DNA from: Fimbriosthenelais zetlandica
Taxonomy: Eukaryota
Assembly: GCA_977030845.1 (NCBI GenBank)
Contig: OZ365116.1
Coordinates: 19,220,001 to 19,284,000, forward strand
Reading direction: 5' to 3'
Length of the DNA stretch: 64,000 nt
Program-made: the position numbers and the translations under genes
Shown here: positions 1 to 13,683 of the stretch, one piece after another
Layout of the letters: each line of letters opens with the position of its first letter
How positions within the stretch are numbered: position 1 is the first letter of the stretch
The notes under the pieces: model-generated
What the model saw: only the letters and a program-made list of their open reading frames with translations
Database searches by the model: none
What the model was told of the DNA's origin: nothing

Positions 1-3000
1 CAAGCTAGCCTCCATTCACCGACCATCTTATCTCATAGCCTGAGGCGCCGCCATAAAAATCACCACGGTTACTCATACCTCACGTGACTTTTAGTTCCCC
101 GTTGTAGCTCCAGGGGGAGAGTAGATACAGGTATATATATTCACGTCTCCGGGATACACGTTTTGTATGTGGGGATCTACATGGGACATGTCTCCATAGA
201 AACCATACAATAATACTATATCCTATCTCTTCTCACGTCTTTTTATCAACCTTGTCATCGCCCTTTATCATGAGCCCATCTCCCGCACGAGGGCCTATTA
301 AAAGGGCTTATCAAATGGCACATAAAAGACCTTATAATGAAGGGCTTAAGCATGTGAGTCTGTGAAAAGGGCCATGTCCTTTGCATTTGTGCATGTGCAT
401 AGGTCAGACATGAGATCAGTGTGAGGGCAGAGTGACATCTGAATGGCCATTTGTATGGACATTTGATAATTGCTTTAATCTCCTTACGCCCCTTGGTTCG
501 AGATCATTAAAGAGTCATTCAATTGAATCTCCAAGGAGTAGGATCCAATATACATCCTCCCGACACCTATATGCAAAATTTACCTTCAATATCATGTATC
601 ACAGACATACGAAAAATAAAAAAGTGAATTGTGTCATTTATACGACACAATGATTACAGGTGTATAAAAAATACGATGTACTGTGGAATGCAAATTGGCG
701 GATGAGACACAGATACTTGTATAGATATACTTCTGTACTGGTGGGTACTGGATGGAATCGATATTTTTACTGCAATATTCATGTAATAAATCTCAAAGAT
801 TCATTGAGTTTCCTAAGGCATTTAGTCTCTCTAATGTAGCTACTTCATGCCAATACGCGTGGTCAGTGAACCGGAAATGAAAACTAGAACCAAGCTCACA
901 TGGTCACACATCATAGAATGTACATATTCGCCAAAAGCAACATGAATAGATTGATTTAGACGCAGGTTTTTTATTGAGTACACCAAGATGATTTTTCAAT
1001 AATGGTTAACCATTTAGTATCCCCTGCTGAGAGTATGAAAAAGGTATGACTTGGTCTTCTTATATATACCTGAAGGCAAGAGAGGTTTGCTGCTTCCGTG
1101 AAGCCTTTATTGTGATTTAATGCCATGTTGAACCCATGCACTAATTTAACCCCAGTCCTAATAATTTATTGTCCCTCCAGAAAATACGACGAGTCTTAAC
1201 ATAGATCTTAGTCAACACGTTATCAGTATATGTGAATCCTAGAATGCCGTGTCTTTACCATGACAATGTTAAACATGGGCTGGAGAATGAGTAATAAATA
1301 ATGCGCATTTCAGTTGACCCCTGGTTCACAACCGTTATAGACGTCCAGCTACGGACATGCCGTATTTCAAACTTTCATTCAGATTTAAGACTGCTTTTCA
1401 AACTTATATACATCATCCTTCTATTCTTCTAGCCGGGGTGGAGATCAGCACACATTATAGGATGACATTGTGAAAATTATCACATGGCAGTCTATTGTGC
1501 TGGGTGCAGTGACCCGGGAGGCTCGGGCTTCAGGCTTGTCTTAGGCCTGAAAAGCCAAAGAAGAGGGTATGAAAGCCTGATAAGGCATAACAATGACTTG
1601 AAGGGTATAGGGTAAAGTTAGGGATTTGAACTGCAAGGCATGGATAGAGGTTTTAGATGACACAAACTCCATTGCAAGCATGCGGTAGATAAGATTTATA
1701 TATGCAAATTTACAATTGAATACAATGCTCTGATTTATAAATTGAAACCAGAATATGAAAGGGAACTCTATGGCAGGTATCCAATGGGTTTCTAGAGGAA
1801 TATTATCCATTTGGATTTGTATTTGTATAACATTTAATTCAAACTCTTGGTGATATACTGTTGAACTTTTCCTGTTTCGTCTACCTGCTATATAGCTAGG
1901 TAGGCCTAATGGTTTCCCACCAAGTCTTCAACAAATGCAGAAAAGAAAGTCGAGGTAAAATACTTCCCAAAAGGCAGGTTTAAAAAAGCATGACATACAC
2001 ATATTTTATAGATCATGTGTGTTTATTCTACAAAGGAGACTGTGTATGATAAATATTTTCGATCTGTTCTGACTTTACAATAGATAAGTCAACATGACTG
2101 CAGGTGTGGATCCTTGGTCTGGACAATGGGGAAGATTGACTGGACATGACTTTTGTATATTATATGGTAATGTCAGACATATAATACCACCGTCCACTGC
2201 TGCCTGTCCCTCCAGTGTAACCAACATTATATTCCTCTTGTTTGCCCCAAAGCAATAAAGTCACCAATTATTAATAACGGGCAAACGGAACCATGGGATC
2301 CATTCCTTGGGTTACCAGGCACTCGGCTGCTGTGGTCTATTCACACTGAACTATATGAAAAGCTGGCGCATTCACAGGGACATGTTTCTCGTGTTGTCAA
2401 AGCCTGTCGGGCATGTGGTGGAAGGGTGAAAGGTTGGGGCCATTTCTTGTGTGTAAGTTTGCCCCTTCTTCAACTCAAGGCACCTGGGTGTCGGGTACAA
2501 ACAATGCACAGATGATGAAAAAAATGAATTCCAAACTTCCCATTTGAAGATATTCTTTTTTAAAGATATGGCGCTTGCCCTATGTAAACCACTGGAAAAT
2601 GGCTGGTCCCATTTGCTCCCATAACAAGATTGAGAGGCTATGGCACTCGGGCAAACAGTTTTAATGCATTGCATTGAGTGCTTCTATTCATTAAGCAACG
2701 AGACTCTCGTTGCATTAAGTCATAGCTCTCCATGTGAGAGGTTGGCAGGCTTTGGCTTCCTGTCTATAGTGGGCTGACATGCTGTTTGAAGGCCTGATTA
2801 TAGGCTTGTGATCCAGTACTGTTTGCTGACTTCTATTTCTCCTTATTTCAATGCGTGCCTCTGCTTTATATATGACCATGATTAACACATCATGAGCGAG
2901 GATGCTTGGCCTATTGTGTCCGTCATACCTTTTACCAAAGCCAAGCTGATTGCTATATGAGGAAGATTTATATATTTCTTATACATCCTCATTGTACAGA

Positions 3001-6000
3001 TTGTGTTATCATGTTTAGGATTCTCGTACCCTGATATCAGATGCAGTATTTTACTAACAGCAGACTTTTATTAAAAGAAAAGGTCTTGAGGTTAAATGAA
3101 AGTTTAGTGATTACCTGTAGCTAACTTGAAAACTATTATTTGTCGAAATGACTTCAGGAAGTGAACTATATGTACTTGAACATGAGAATCAAATCCAAAT
3201 ACATTGACTAGCCTTCATTGCCTTTTAGATTCGGATCCCATGGATTGCAATATCGTGAATCCATCTGCACATTATCTGAACTATATCTACGATGGCTAAT
3301 CTGATAAGTTACACAAATGTAAGAGTGTTCCTTTGTTAGGAGATTCACCGTCGACAAGAACACTCTACGCCTCCATAATTATAAACAGTTTACCATCACA
3401 AATGAAGGAAATATTGAGGCCCTAAAAGAGATTATTTAATTTTTGGTCGTATAAAAGTATATCATTACAAAAGTTTGGATAGAAAATGTCACATGAGAAT
3501 CCTTCAAAAGAAGGCCAGCAAGCTATACTGCTGGCGCCCCCTCCCGCCCCTACCTGTAACCAACTCGCTTCCTTTTAAACCACTGGTTGACTCGACTTTT
3601 TTAATTGCCACGAAAAACATCTATTTAAAAATATATTTATGTAATCTTCTCCTGGAAGTGAGAATATAAATTTGAATTATATCCAATTCCCAGTACAAGG
3701 ATAAAATAGACTGCATATTATAATGTATACGCGTACTTAAGATGTTATTGAGAATAACATGTTTAGGCCTGTACATTCAGTTCTGCAATTTTCTGGTCTC
3801 AGCCTCCCCCAGGCGTGTCAGTGAAACGCCGGAAATTCATTAGTTAAAATTAGTTATTGTGTATCTTATCTTGAATGTGATCTACAGAAAATTATATGGC
3901 CCTCAATTTTAATATAATAATATATTCATTAACCAAGTAAGGGTACTGGCCAAACTGATATAAGGCCATATGAATATCGATTAGGAGAATATACAAATTA
4001 TTTATAATTTATCAATTGAAGTTTCCGAATGTTTGGAATCGGCAAATAATGTATGCATATTCACTCTCATTATACATAGGATATATGACCAACCATGCAG
4101 TAGGACCAGTTATGCTTGTCTTGACACCGATTTATCACTATAGTGGAATAAGTCCTGGCAAGGCAAAAGTAATTTTTTAACAGGAAAACATGATTACAAA
4201 AGTTTGCATACTTTGATATGCGATGATGGATTGGTAAAATAGTGTTTTTCAAACAAAGGAAACAACTTTTTAGAGAGTGTGTCATTTTGAAATGCCTATT
4301 CAATTTAACTGTCAACCGATCCTTGCATGTGAACATTTCAGTTATAAAATAAATGTTTGCCAGGTTTATAGAGGAAAGACCTGTGTGAAAGGTTTGGCCC
4401 TGTCTCCAGTAGTGGAGTCTGCGAGCAAAGATAATGATCGTTATCGGTCGGCCAGACATATTCTAAGCCTACATGCTGTGCAGGTCACTCCCTTAGCTGC
4501 CACCCTTTTCATTCCCGACCACAAAATTATTCTTTTCACCAATATCCCATCCATTGTCTGCTCACTTGTTCCCCTTCAAAAGGCTTTTATTCTGGTTATA
4601 TTTTTCTTACCCTGGAAACGGAGCCACTCTTTTCCCCCCAGGCACTCCGTAGTCGCCCTTGACCTTGTCCCTTGAAGGTCGTTTCCCTTTGACCTTGGGC
4701 TTTTCTCTGCTTGTCAGGGCATTGAGGAGTGGGTTGGCCCTTTTGCTCCCTCTCTACGGCCACGTCAGAGGCCATAGATTAATCCATAGGTGCTCTTAGA
4801 CCAGGAGTGCCACACCCACCCCGCCCCAAAGTTCCCGCCTGATCTGGTTGACTGCTTTCCCAGGCAGCCCCCAACATTCCCATGGTCTCTGACGCCCAGT
4901 TTTCTTAACGGGTTCTCCTGTGGGCTGGACAATGAAGGGACAAAGGGGAAATAACCAACAAGTGTTCCATACTGACACGCCCACTGCTCCATGCACCTTT
5001 TGTGTCCACCTAACTCAATGGGGGTACACCTGAGAAGGGTCCAGTCCAGGTAAACCAGGGGGTTTTCCGCTTTTATCGCCCGCCCATGGAGTCTTGGCAA
5101 TCCCTTTAACCTGTCACCAAGGTGGACAAAAATCTCAAGTATCTGATACCCGGGTGGTAATGCTATATGGCACTGGGGCTTGGTCAGTGTGGTGGTCAGT
5201 CTATACAGGTGATGCATGGTCCAGCCATCTCTGTCTTATATAGACTACATGGAATCCAGCCAGGTCAGAGGCGACCACAAACAAGAGCATATTAAACACA
5301 AAGCCTGTATGGTAGGAGGAGGCTGGGTGACTCCACATTGAGATGGCCGAGCTGGCAGGCTATTTGCTCAGCATGACCCTGGTGTGTGACAGGTCTGACT
5401 ACACCTTGTCAATACACTGACCAATGTGATGTGGAGGTCACACAATCAGTGTTCAAAAGATACATGCCAAGTGCTGCAGAACGCTATCTTTCTACAATCA
5501 AATGATTCAGATATTTTCCTGAATATCTAATTAAGCGAGATTCAAAAGCATATTAGCTTATAATTGTGCTGAAAAGTACATTATAGCATTTTACAATTCA
5601 TATTCAAAGGTTTGCCACAAATATACTGATTCAATTATATGAATAAATGATTCGATCTTTGGAGATTTCACGAAAATGTGTTTCTTTTCTTCTATCATAG
5701 TATGTGGGAACCAGATTTTCCATGAACGTTATTGGCGCAGCTTTGAGCACATTTTTCTGTTTGAATTTGTATTGACTTGCGCCTGTGTGTTTTTTGAACG
5801 GTTACCCCACAACAATGTAACGGATGTAATTATTTCATCCAATTCCCACCTTTCTGCCATGGCCGGCAAAGAAGAAAAAACTGCGACACCCATTATAAAG
5901 AAATAACCTGAAACCACATCTTTTTATGTGAAAGAATCGGTTCAACCTGATACTGAACGGACCTTAACAGAGGCTTGTAAACGTGTGAAGTGCTGAAATT

Positions 6001-9000
6001 CTGATATCAAACTTGAGGCATCATCGCTTTGATGATATCATGATATCGTATCAGTGGGTAATCAGCAGAAAATCCACTCCAAGAAATCCCAATAAAACGT
6101 GCATCACTGCCTGGTATCGTGCACCAGCACGCTATAAAAACACGCCTACATCTCCATACATCAAGTTTTATTCCCACATTATTGTCCACTTTTATGTCCA
6201 CTATAGCCCCTGCCATGTGTATAGAGACAAATTGTCATGGACAGAAGAATGATAAGGAGACTGGTGTCTTGACCACAATCTTTACCCCTTGTACCCCCTC
6301 AGCAAGATCACATGTCCAGTGTGGGTAGTCACAATACGAGGTCCCTCCACCTCCATGTCATGGTGAGGCCCTATTCACTGCCCTTTATTTCAATGCCCTC
6401 AGGTATGGGCCTTTTTATCGGCTATGTACAGGGTCATGTTATTCAGCCCCACCTCTCGGCCTGGTCGTAACTGATCCAGGGTTAATAGAGTGGGCAGCTA
6501 GCAGCTGATCCATCGACAGTAAATCACCACTGACCAGTGTGGAGGTGGGGCCTGTCATATACACACAACAAGCGCTGGTCAATGCCTCGTCTTTGATGTG
6601 GCAGATTTGGTCACCTGAGAGGGCAGGTGGCAATGATCAAAAGGCCAGCGGGAATCTAGAGGTCCCAGACCTGCCTATCTCCCTCTTTTTGGCTGTATAC
6701 GAGGTATGGACATTCGTAATTCCCTTCGAGATGCTTTCTCTCTCTGATATATTTACTTTGCAAGTTTACCCAACATATTGCCTGGAAAGTTGGGCCAGTT
6801 TTACAAGGAGAAAATATTTAATATTTAATGTGTTCAGCACTAATGCCGCCCATGTCCTACCCTTATTACATATTTGAACTAATATTTATTATTCTCTGTA
6901 TATTATGCCCTCCAATCACAATATACATCTAACGAATCAGAGCACAATAGAAAAAGATATATTATGACGAAGTATTTTAAGAAAGAGACCCCTTGAAGTA
7001 TGTGCATAACAACTATACTCAATAGTAAATCACAGAACATGGTAGACGGATGGACCGTTATTTTATATGCTAAGTGTGTGATATTATATTTTTCTGATTT
7101 TTTTTAGCTCTGATTCTATTTATGTGTAATATTGTGATGCATGATCTTTGTCGTCTGTGTTGGACCAGACATTTCCGCTTCTGTTGTTTCCTAAACAAAT
7201 GATGGTGAAGTATGGAGAGGAGGAAATAAGAGGCCCCGGTGTACAATGAGCCACAAGGTTCATGCCAGCTGTGACCACAACTAAATGAAAGAGAGGTAAT
7301 TCTTATCATGGCTTTTTCTTCATGTCTGCTGTAGGCCACCACATATGCTGCCCAAAATCTGACAAAAATTTGTCACCTCACCTTTGACACCCAATCCTAG
7401 CTCTGCTCCATTTCACAGACACTGAGCCAGACACATTATGCCACATTGATTGCATTTTAAATTAACACGTCTGTATTTTTCTGGCATTAATGACAACTTA
7501 GTTGTAAAATGAACCACGTACAGGTCTATTAATGCCTTTGGGTTTTTATAAATATTATATTGAATTTTTTTAAATGAAATATGGTTTTGCATTTTTGGTG
7601 GGTTCTTGGCTGTTGCAGGTTCTTTACTTGGTAACCAGTACTTGCAATGTTTGTTTTAAAAGTCCTTTGGAATGCACACGAGCATAGGAACGTCAGTCAC
7701 GGGAGTAGAGTATCACTGAAAAGACTCTGCTACCACTTGAAATAGATCTTGTTATGACATATAGAAATATGGATCTTTTGGATCTTTTGTAAGAATATGA
7801 AGGGCATCTATCTTGGCGCCCACGAATCTGGCTCAAGTAGCACCCGAGCCAAGCATCGATGTTATGAGAAACTCCATGTACACTGATAAAGCAAGCTAAA
7901 GCTGGAGAAGGACAGAACGATCTGCTTGTTCACAGTCTTAGACCCGCTGTATTGGCAGGCAAAACACACAAGCTTAAGGTTTAATAGAAGGTTGCCCAGA
8001 ATTTGCTGCTAAGAAAGCCAGTATAAGGCAGAGAAAGGGATGTCACAGTTCCCTGGCTGCGCCAAGGACATCCTGGCGAGTGGCAGCCATCTTGAAGTCA
8101 CGCACCCATCATCTTATATGGGTTTGGCCTGTGGTCATAAATATTTGTGTATTTGTGCCCGTTGTGTACCATCTTGTAGGAGACCTGGATTGGATTTCAT
8201 TCATGATAGCTACACGTTCATGTCCAATCGCTGCGCTTTTCTTGAAGTTCAAAAATGAGCCTGACAGGTATTTTACCAAACTCCCTTTTTGACCTGGTCG
8301 CTGAAAGTGATCTGCCATCGCTTCTGACCCCACAACCTTATCGTGTTGTCGTTCATTGACAAAAGATGGCAAATAAAATATTGGTGATGAGACCTCAGCT
8401 GCATTTTAAACCGAGCTCCCAAATCAGCACTCCCTTTAAGTGACTGTGTGCTTTCAATTTGCATTGAAGATTTTCTTACTTTCTGCATTCCAAAAGGGCA
8501 TGGCAGCATCTTGAACAAAGGGGCAGAATTAGATAAAAGCGATCGACTCCGCTTGTGCTGCATTTCGGTGTCCAAGTAAACAAAAAAATCCTATTTCCAT
8601 TTGCATTTTTCGGTACATGGCTGGATTGAGAGTTAAGATACACAATGTGGATGTTCCAGGTTTCTAACAGCCCACCAGATCTAACAACACACCGGTGATC
8701 CGACCTTCTCATTTGAATAGCTTTTTCTTCTTTTTATCTCGCATCTCCAGGGATATATATAAATAGGAACCTGTGGTATCATCAGCGCTGAATGACCTTA
8801 CAATTGTCAACGTTGAAAGCCAAGATCAAATCAATTTTTTCTCTGTCTTGATACCATTATAATGTGGCCAATGCTTCTTTAAGGAAGGTACTGGCTGACC
8901 CTGCCGATCAAACATTTGGCGACCACCTTGAGCAAATTTACCACTAAAGATCCACGCTCCTCAAGTCCAAATTTCCCATTGTCATGGGCATGCTGCCATC

Positions 9001-12000
9001 GATGATTTATTAACGTGCTCTATATCATTACAACAAACCCTTCCTCCCGTCCACATCAAAGTGATAAATTGTCTCAAAAGATACACAAAACCAAATTAAG
9101 CAAATATTTTCTCAGCTTCTATTCAAAGCCCTTTTAGTATAGGTCGCGCCACAATGCCATTTAACTCGACACATACACACCTTGCTATGCATGCATCTCT
9201 TTGAGTTGTTGAAAAAAGTATTGCCCGGCCATCTCATAAAACACATAGTAAACTTGTCCATGGTGAAGTGACCGTAGGCAGGTGATTGATTTGCTGTCCC
9301 ATTCCCCACCACTTTGGCATGATCGTTTAGTGGGTGGAAGTTATGTATCCCCACCCAAGAAAAGGGCTCCCACGTGATGTAGGATCACTCAAGAAAGACA
9401 CCCATAGGAGCAGGCAGAGTTTTGTCGGGGCTTCGACCCCTTAGGGTGTTTTTCAATTGAATGGGATTGAATGGGAAAAAATGCCGGATTAGACGGGAGG
9501 GGCGTCCTATTGAGGAAGCCCCTATACGTCTGTTAGCTAATATCACATGCAGCGATTCTTGCACGATCATTCTTACCTTGGTTGTTATGTTGCCACGATA
9601 TTTCGTAAGATATTTGAAAGAATTTTGTGATAGATCTTGCTTGGCATCTGTTTAATATACATTGTATATTGAGACTTTTCTCAGACTTAAAAAAAGTACC
9701 AAAGATCAACCTGTTGAACTGTAGATATAGAATAAGATAGATGGGGTCTGAGGCCTGTTGGAAGTTATAATTATGATTGATCATTGATCATGGAGCTGAT
9801 CCATCAGGGGTAAGTTAACAGAGGGAGAGGAAACACTCCTTGGATCCCTACTGTGGTTGTGCCTGTATCCACCTCCCACCCTGGTCTCTAAGCCAGGGAT
9901 CAAAGTCTCCAGCCACAGGATCACTCACTTCATCCCCCACACACATGAAACCTGTCTTTACCCTTGGTTTCCTCCTCCTCACCCACCCACGATTCATTTT
10001 ACTTTATGAATTGGCCAACTGCTAAACCCGAATATATGTCATAAATGGATGTGCACCCTAGGTAGGGTGGAGAGAGGTTTGTTAGAGGACTGACTGTGGT
10101 AGGTTAGACAGCTTTCAAGGGGGTTGTGGGGCCATGCATGCATATAAGTAGATAAACCACCTACCTTGGGGCTTTTTGGATCTCCTACTATTGCCCTCCG
10201 TGTTTATATGCCTGTCATCCTTGGCGGTGGTCTAGGCCTTCATATGTATGCAGATCAAGATGTTCTATATATGCGGATCCAAGATTATCTCGCTTTCATA
10301 ATCTCGGGTAAAATGTGTTGTTAATTTCCACAAATATACGTATATTTCAAAAATCTTATAATAGCCTTTGCACATCCTTCTTCTGGCTGTGTTAAAACAC
10401 TTCACGTTATGGATTGATTTGAGTGGATTCATTGATTTATTTGACCTACCACGGTTTTGAGAGACATGGATTCTACAATATGAAAATGTGTATGATATTA
10501 ACCATTACATGTTGGTTCCTAAATTCATGCTTTACATCCAAGTGATGCATACAAAATTGAATACACTGTACATTCTGGTATGGATTTATTTATGCCTTCT
10601 CCCATCATGTGTACGCTTAAGTAGAGGCAATGGGATTACCTGTTTCTCTCCCCTGCTAACCATAAACTTATAAACTTCTGCCCTCCATTTATTGCCACTT
10701 GGCCCCACGCGCCTTTAAGATCTGCCTTCACCCCGATGAAAAAGGTTAGCGCTTTAAGATTTGGTATAAGTTGATGTTTGACATCAACTAAAATAAATGG
10801 AGTAGCAAAAATACTGAGCCCTGTGCATATTAATGTATATTACTCATGCCATCTATTTCCAAACTGAAATAGTCGATCATGTTTGAAGTGAGGAATTACA
10901 TTGAAGAGATGAACTATTGACTATATTTTTTATGACTTGAGAATAGTGTATAGCTCGTCTATAGTGGCCTGGCGCTATACAGTTGAATGATAGCAGCCCT
11001 CTTATTGTGTTTGACCATGAGTTATCATCACCCACTTCTCTGTCTCCAGGGTCTATATAATCCTTATATATTTTGAAGGAGGAAAAGAACTATAGACAGG
11101 AAGCAATAGAGTGTGTGGGTTAGTGTATAGAGGTGTTTTTTCACGGCCGGTTTATACTGGGGTTAGTGCATGTCTCAAGCCGCATTATCTCACTACACCA
11201 TAAACACACTTGGAGTGCATGCTTGGATTTATGAGTTTAGACCACGAATATTCACCAAATGCAGAAAGCAATTATTGGCCATTTCCACACGCAATGTGCC
11301 CTCAGTCTTCATCTTCAGGTTGGCCAGTAACTGGCTCAATCACTGCATAATGATGTTTAGACAAAGAACGGGTATCCTTGCTGGACCTTCTGAACCTGTG
11401 AGGGGAAGGAATAAATTGGTATCATACCATATTCTCACGCAAGCAATGTCTGTCAAAAGGTCCCTTTTATATTTTACCAGTCAGTTTTCGTCTATTCCTC
11501 CCCCAGTTGCCCACTTTTCATGGATTATTAAGTTAGTTACACAATCCAGGCTTAGTGATTGTGTAAGCATGTAAATGCCATTCCACTTGATTGGAGTTAT
11601 GACTCGGAAGCAATCACAATTTTTGATTAAGTGGGCCTCTTCTCTGTGACTGCACTCTTGAATGGTGAGAGGAGACAGATAATGAAGGCCATTTTGGTGG
11701 ATGGTTTGCGCCGAGGCACCCAGACAAACAGACTGTTCTATATACCTGGATTCCTCCACACACTCATGTGTTTCTTATCCTATAATGATGCTGCATTGAC
11801 ATGAGGATGGATCCAAGTTCCATGTGATACCTTTATTATTAAATGATCTATATAAATCTCTGTTTAATATAGTAATAATAGTACACATATATATGTCACT
11901 TTTGTTTTAAAACAATGTGAAAAATGTTCATGCAGTTCAATGAACTCCTTCCTCATTCCGAAGGAGATGAAAACTTGAAACATAAGTGTAATATATTGTG

Positions 12001-12713
12001 GAAAGAAAGAGAACATACACTAGTATATATATGTTCCTGATTTCACCTCAAGGCATGATTTGTTGCATCTTGATTTTCCTTGCTGTTCAAAACCTGAGCC
12101 GTTTTTTTTATTCATCTCCACTTCAATTATGACCCTTTAAGTGACTAGAAGGGGAGCACGAGAGGGAGGCGAGTGCAGCAGCTATATTTTAGTGAGACAC
12201 CACTTTCACCTGAACCACCATCTCCATGCTCAGCCTTGTGTGACGTAAGGCTGGTGTCGTGCGACCATGTTGATATACTCTATACTCCAAAAATATATCC
12301 TACTGACGAGGAGGAGCAAAGGAGTACTCGTCACTTTTATGCAACTTATTCCTATTCAGAGATGAAATAGATAATAAATGGTTAATTTATGCATGAACAT
12401 CTGAAATAGTCGGTCTCTGGTAAAGTTCATTGACAAGATTTATCGAGGGTTTATTACATTAAATATCAGTAAAGTAGAGACTCAGACACAGACTTTAGTG
12501 AGAATATATTGATCTGATGAAATACGCTACCACAGACAGGAAAAGTTAATTCCATGAATCTCCTGTGAAAAAACCAACTTTCAGCAGTATAAGCTTTTAT
12601 ACGTGGTGTGAATTGCTACAGTAGCTTTGTATAATAAGTCACCTTTTATCTGATCATCACCCGATCCTCTCTTTATATGTATGTATCTGGTTCCTTGTTT
12701 TATAAAAGTGAAG

Positions 12714-12742
12714 CACAATAAAACCCGCATGGTTTTATTGTG
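12714..12742. repeat. Perfect inverted repeat (12-bp arms, 5-nt loop)
   Basis: CACAATAAAACC-cgcat-GGTTTTATTGTG; the arms 12714-12725 and 12731-12742 are exact reverse complements. Confidence 0.85.
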
Positions 12743-13332
12743 TTATCACGTGACAGATGTACGTCTAGCGATCCACGAGTGATCATATTACACGTATAAC
12801 AGATTAACGTGTCTACAGTTGGTGATAATCCTTAAACTGTTTAGTCAGGGCAACAATACTTCACATTTGTTAGAACATTTTTAACATAACAAGTGAGAGT
12901 AATTACTTGTATTGTATGTTTCAGCGTTTTTTTAAATCGACGAGTTGCCTGAATACAGATAAAATGTGCACTGGATTCTCAGAGGTGAGGTCTGGTAGCT
13001 GGGGTATATTTTAATCCTCATTCAAAATGAAATGTGGGGCAAAATCATAAAGATTTACAATAGGTTTTCAGTGCAGGTAGAAAGCCAGTGACAGCTTTAT
13101 GCCCTGTTCACCTTACATGATGACAACATGCCTCCAACCCTCCACTGAGCCATCACTGATCCAACCCTCTCCCTATATCTAACACACTCATTCCCTCCCA
13201 CACCTATACGTTTTTGATCCTCATTACTCTCTTTCAATGACCCATATTGATGACCTGTTTACTACAATATAGCATTTTTTGTCATTGAGATGAGCCGAGA
13301 TTATGCTTTCATACAGATTTGTTGGATAGTGG

Positions 13333-13683
13333 CACTGGCGGATCCAGAGGTGGGGTGCTGAGTGTGTGTGACCCCACCCCACCCCACCCCACCCCCCTTC
13401 ACCCCACGTGCCCCTTTCTGAACCCAAGTGACTTTTGGAATCTCAAAATGCCCCTTTTAATCCCCAAGTGTCCTTTTTGGGCCCATACGCCATCCCAAAT
13501 GTACTCTACCAAACATTTTTAAATCTAATGAGTATCTGGGGCATAGATTTCTTTCTACAATTAAGCCTAACCCCCTCTGTTTGCATTTGTGGGTTTTCAA
13601 ATTCTGTGGTGGCATGAGGCAGTTTGAGAAAGTGCCCTTTTCCATAGCACCACCTTCATTTGGAACTCCTGGATCCGCGCCTG
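13333..13683. mobile_element. MITE-like non-autonomous element, superfamily unassigned
   Basis: Left end ...CTGGCGGATCCAG (13335-13347) and right end CCTGGATCCGCGCCTG (13668-13683) are imperfect terminal inverted repeats around ~350 bp of non-coding sequence with an internal (ACCCC)n run. No clear target-site duplication seen. Confidence 0.5.

Noticed and set aside
2330-2640. Plus-strand HVSRVVKACRACGG, reminiscent of the N-terminal zinc finger of Chapaev/Transib/RAG1-like transposases
   Set aside because: Only a CxxC match; frames are broken by stops and no downstream motifs or TIRs are recognisable.
4500-5300. GC-richer block with a 150-aa minus-strand ORF (4765-5217)
   Set aside because: No recognisable domain, splice framework or element termini; probably an old repeat remnant but not supportable.
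6013-6330. TAWYRAP resembling the WYRPP motif of LINE endonucleases
   Set aside because: The expected downstream GDxN and DH motifs were not found in any frame.
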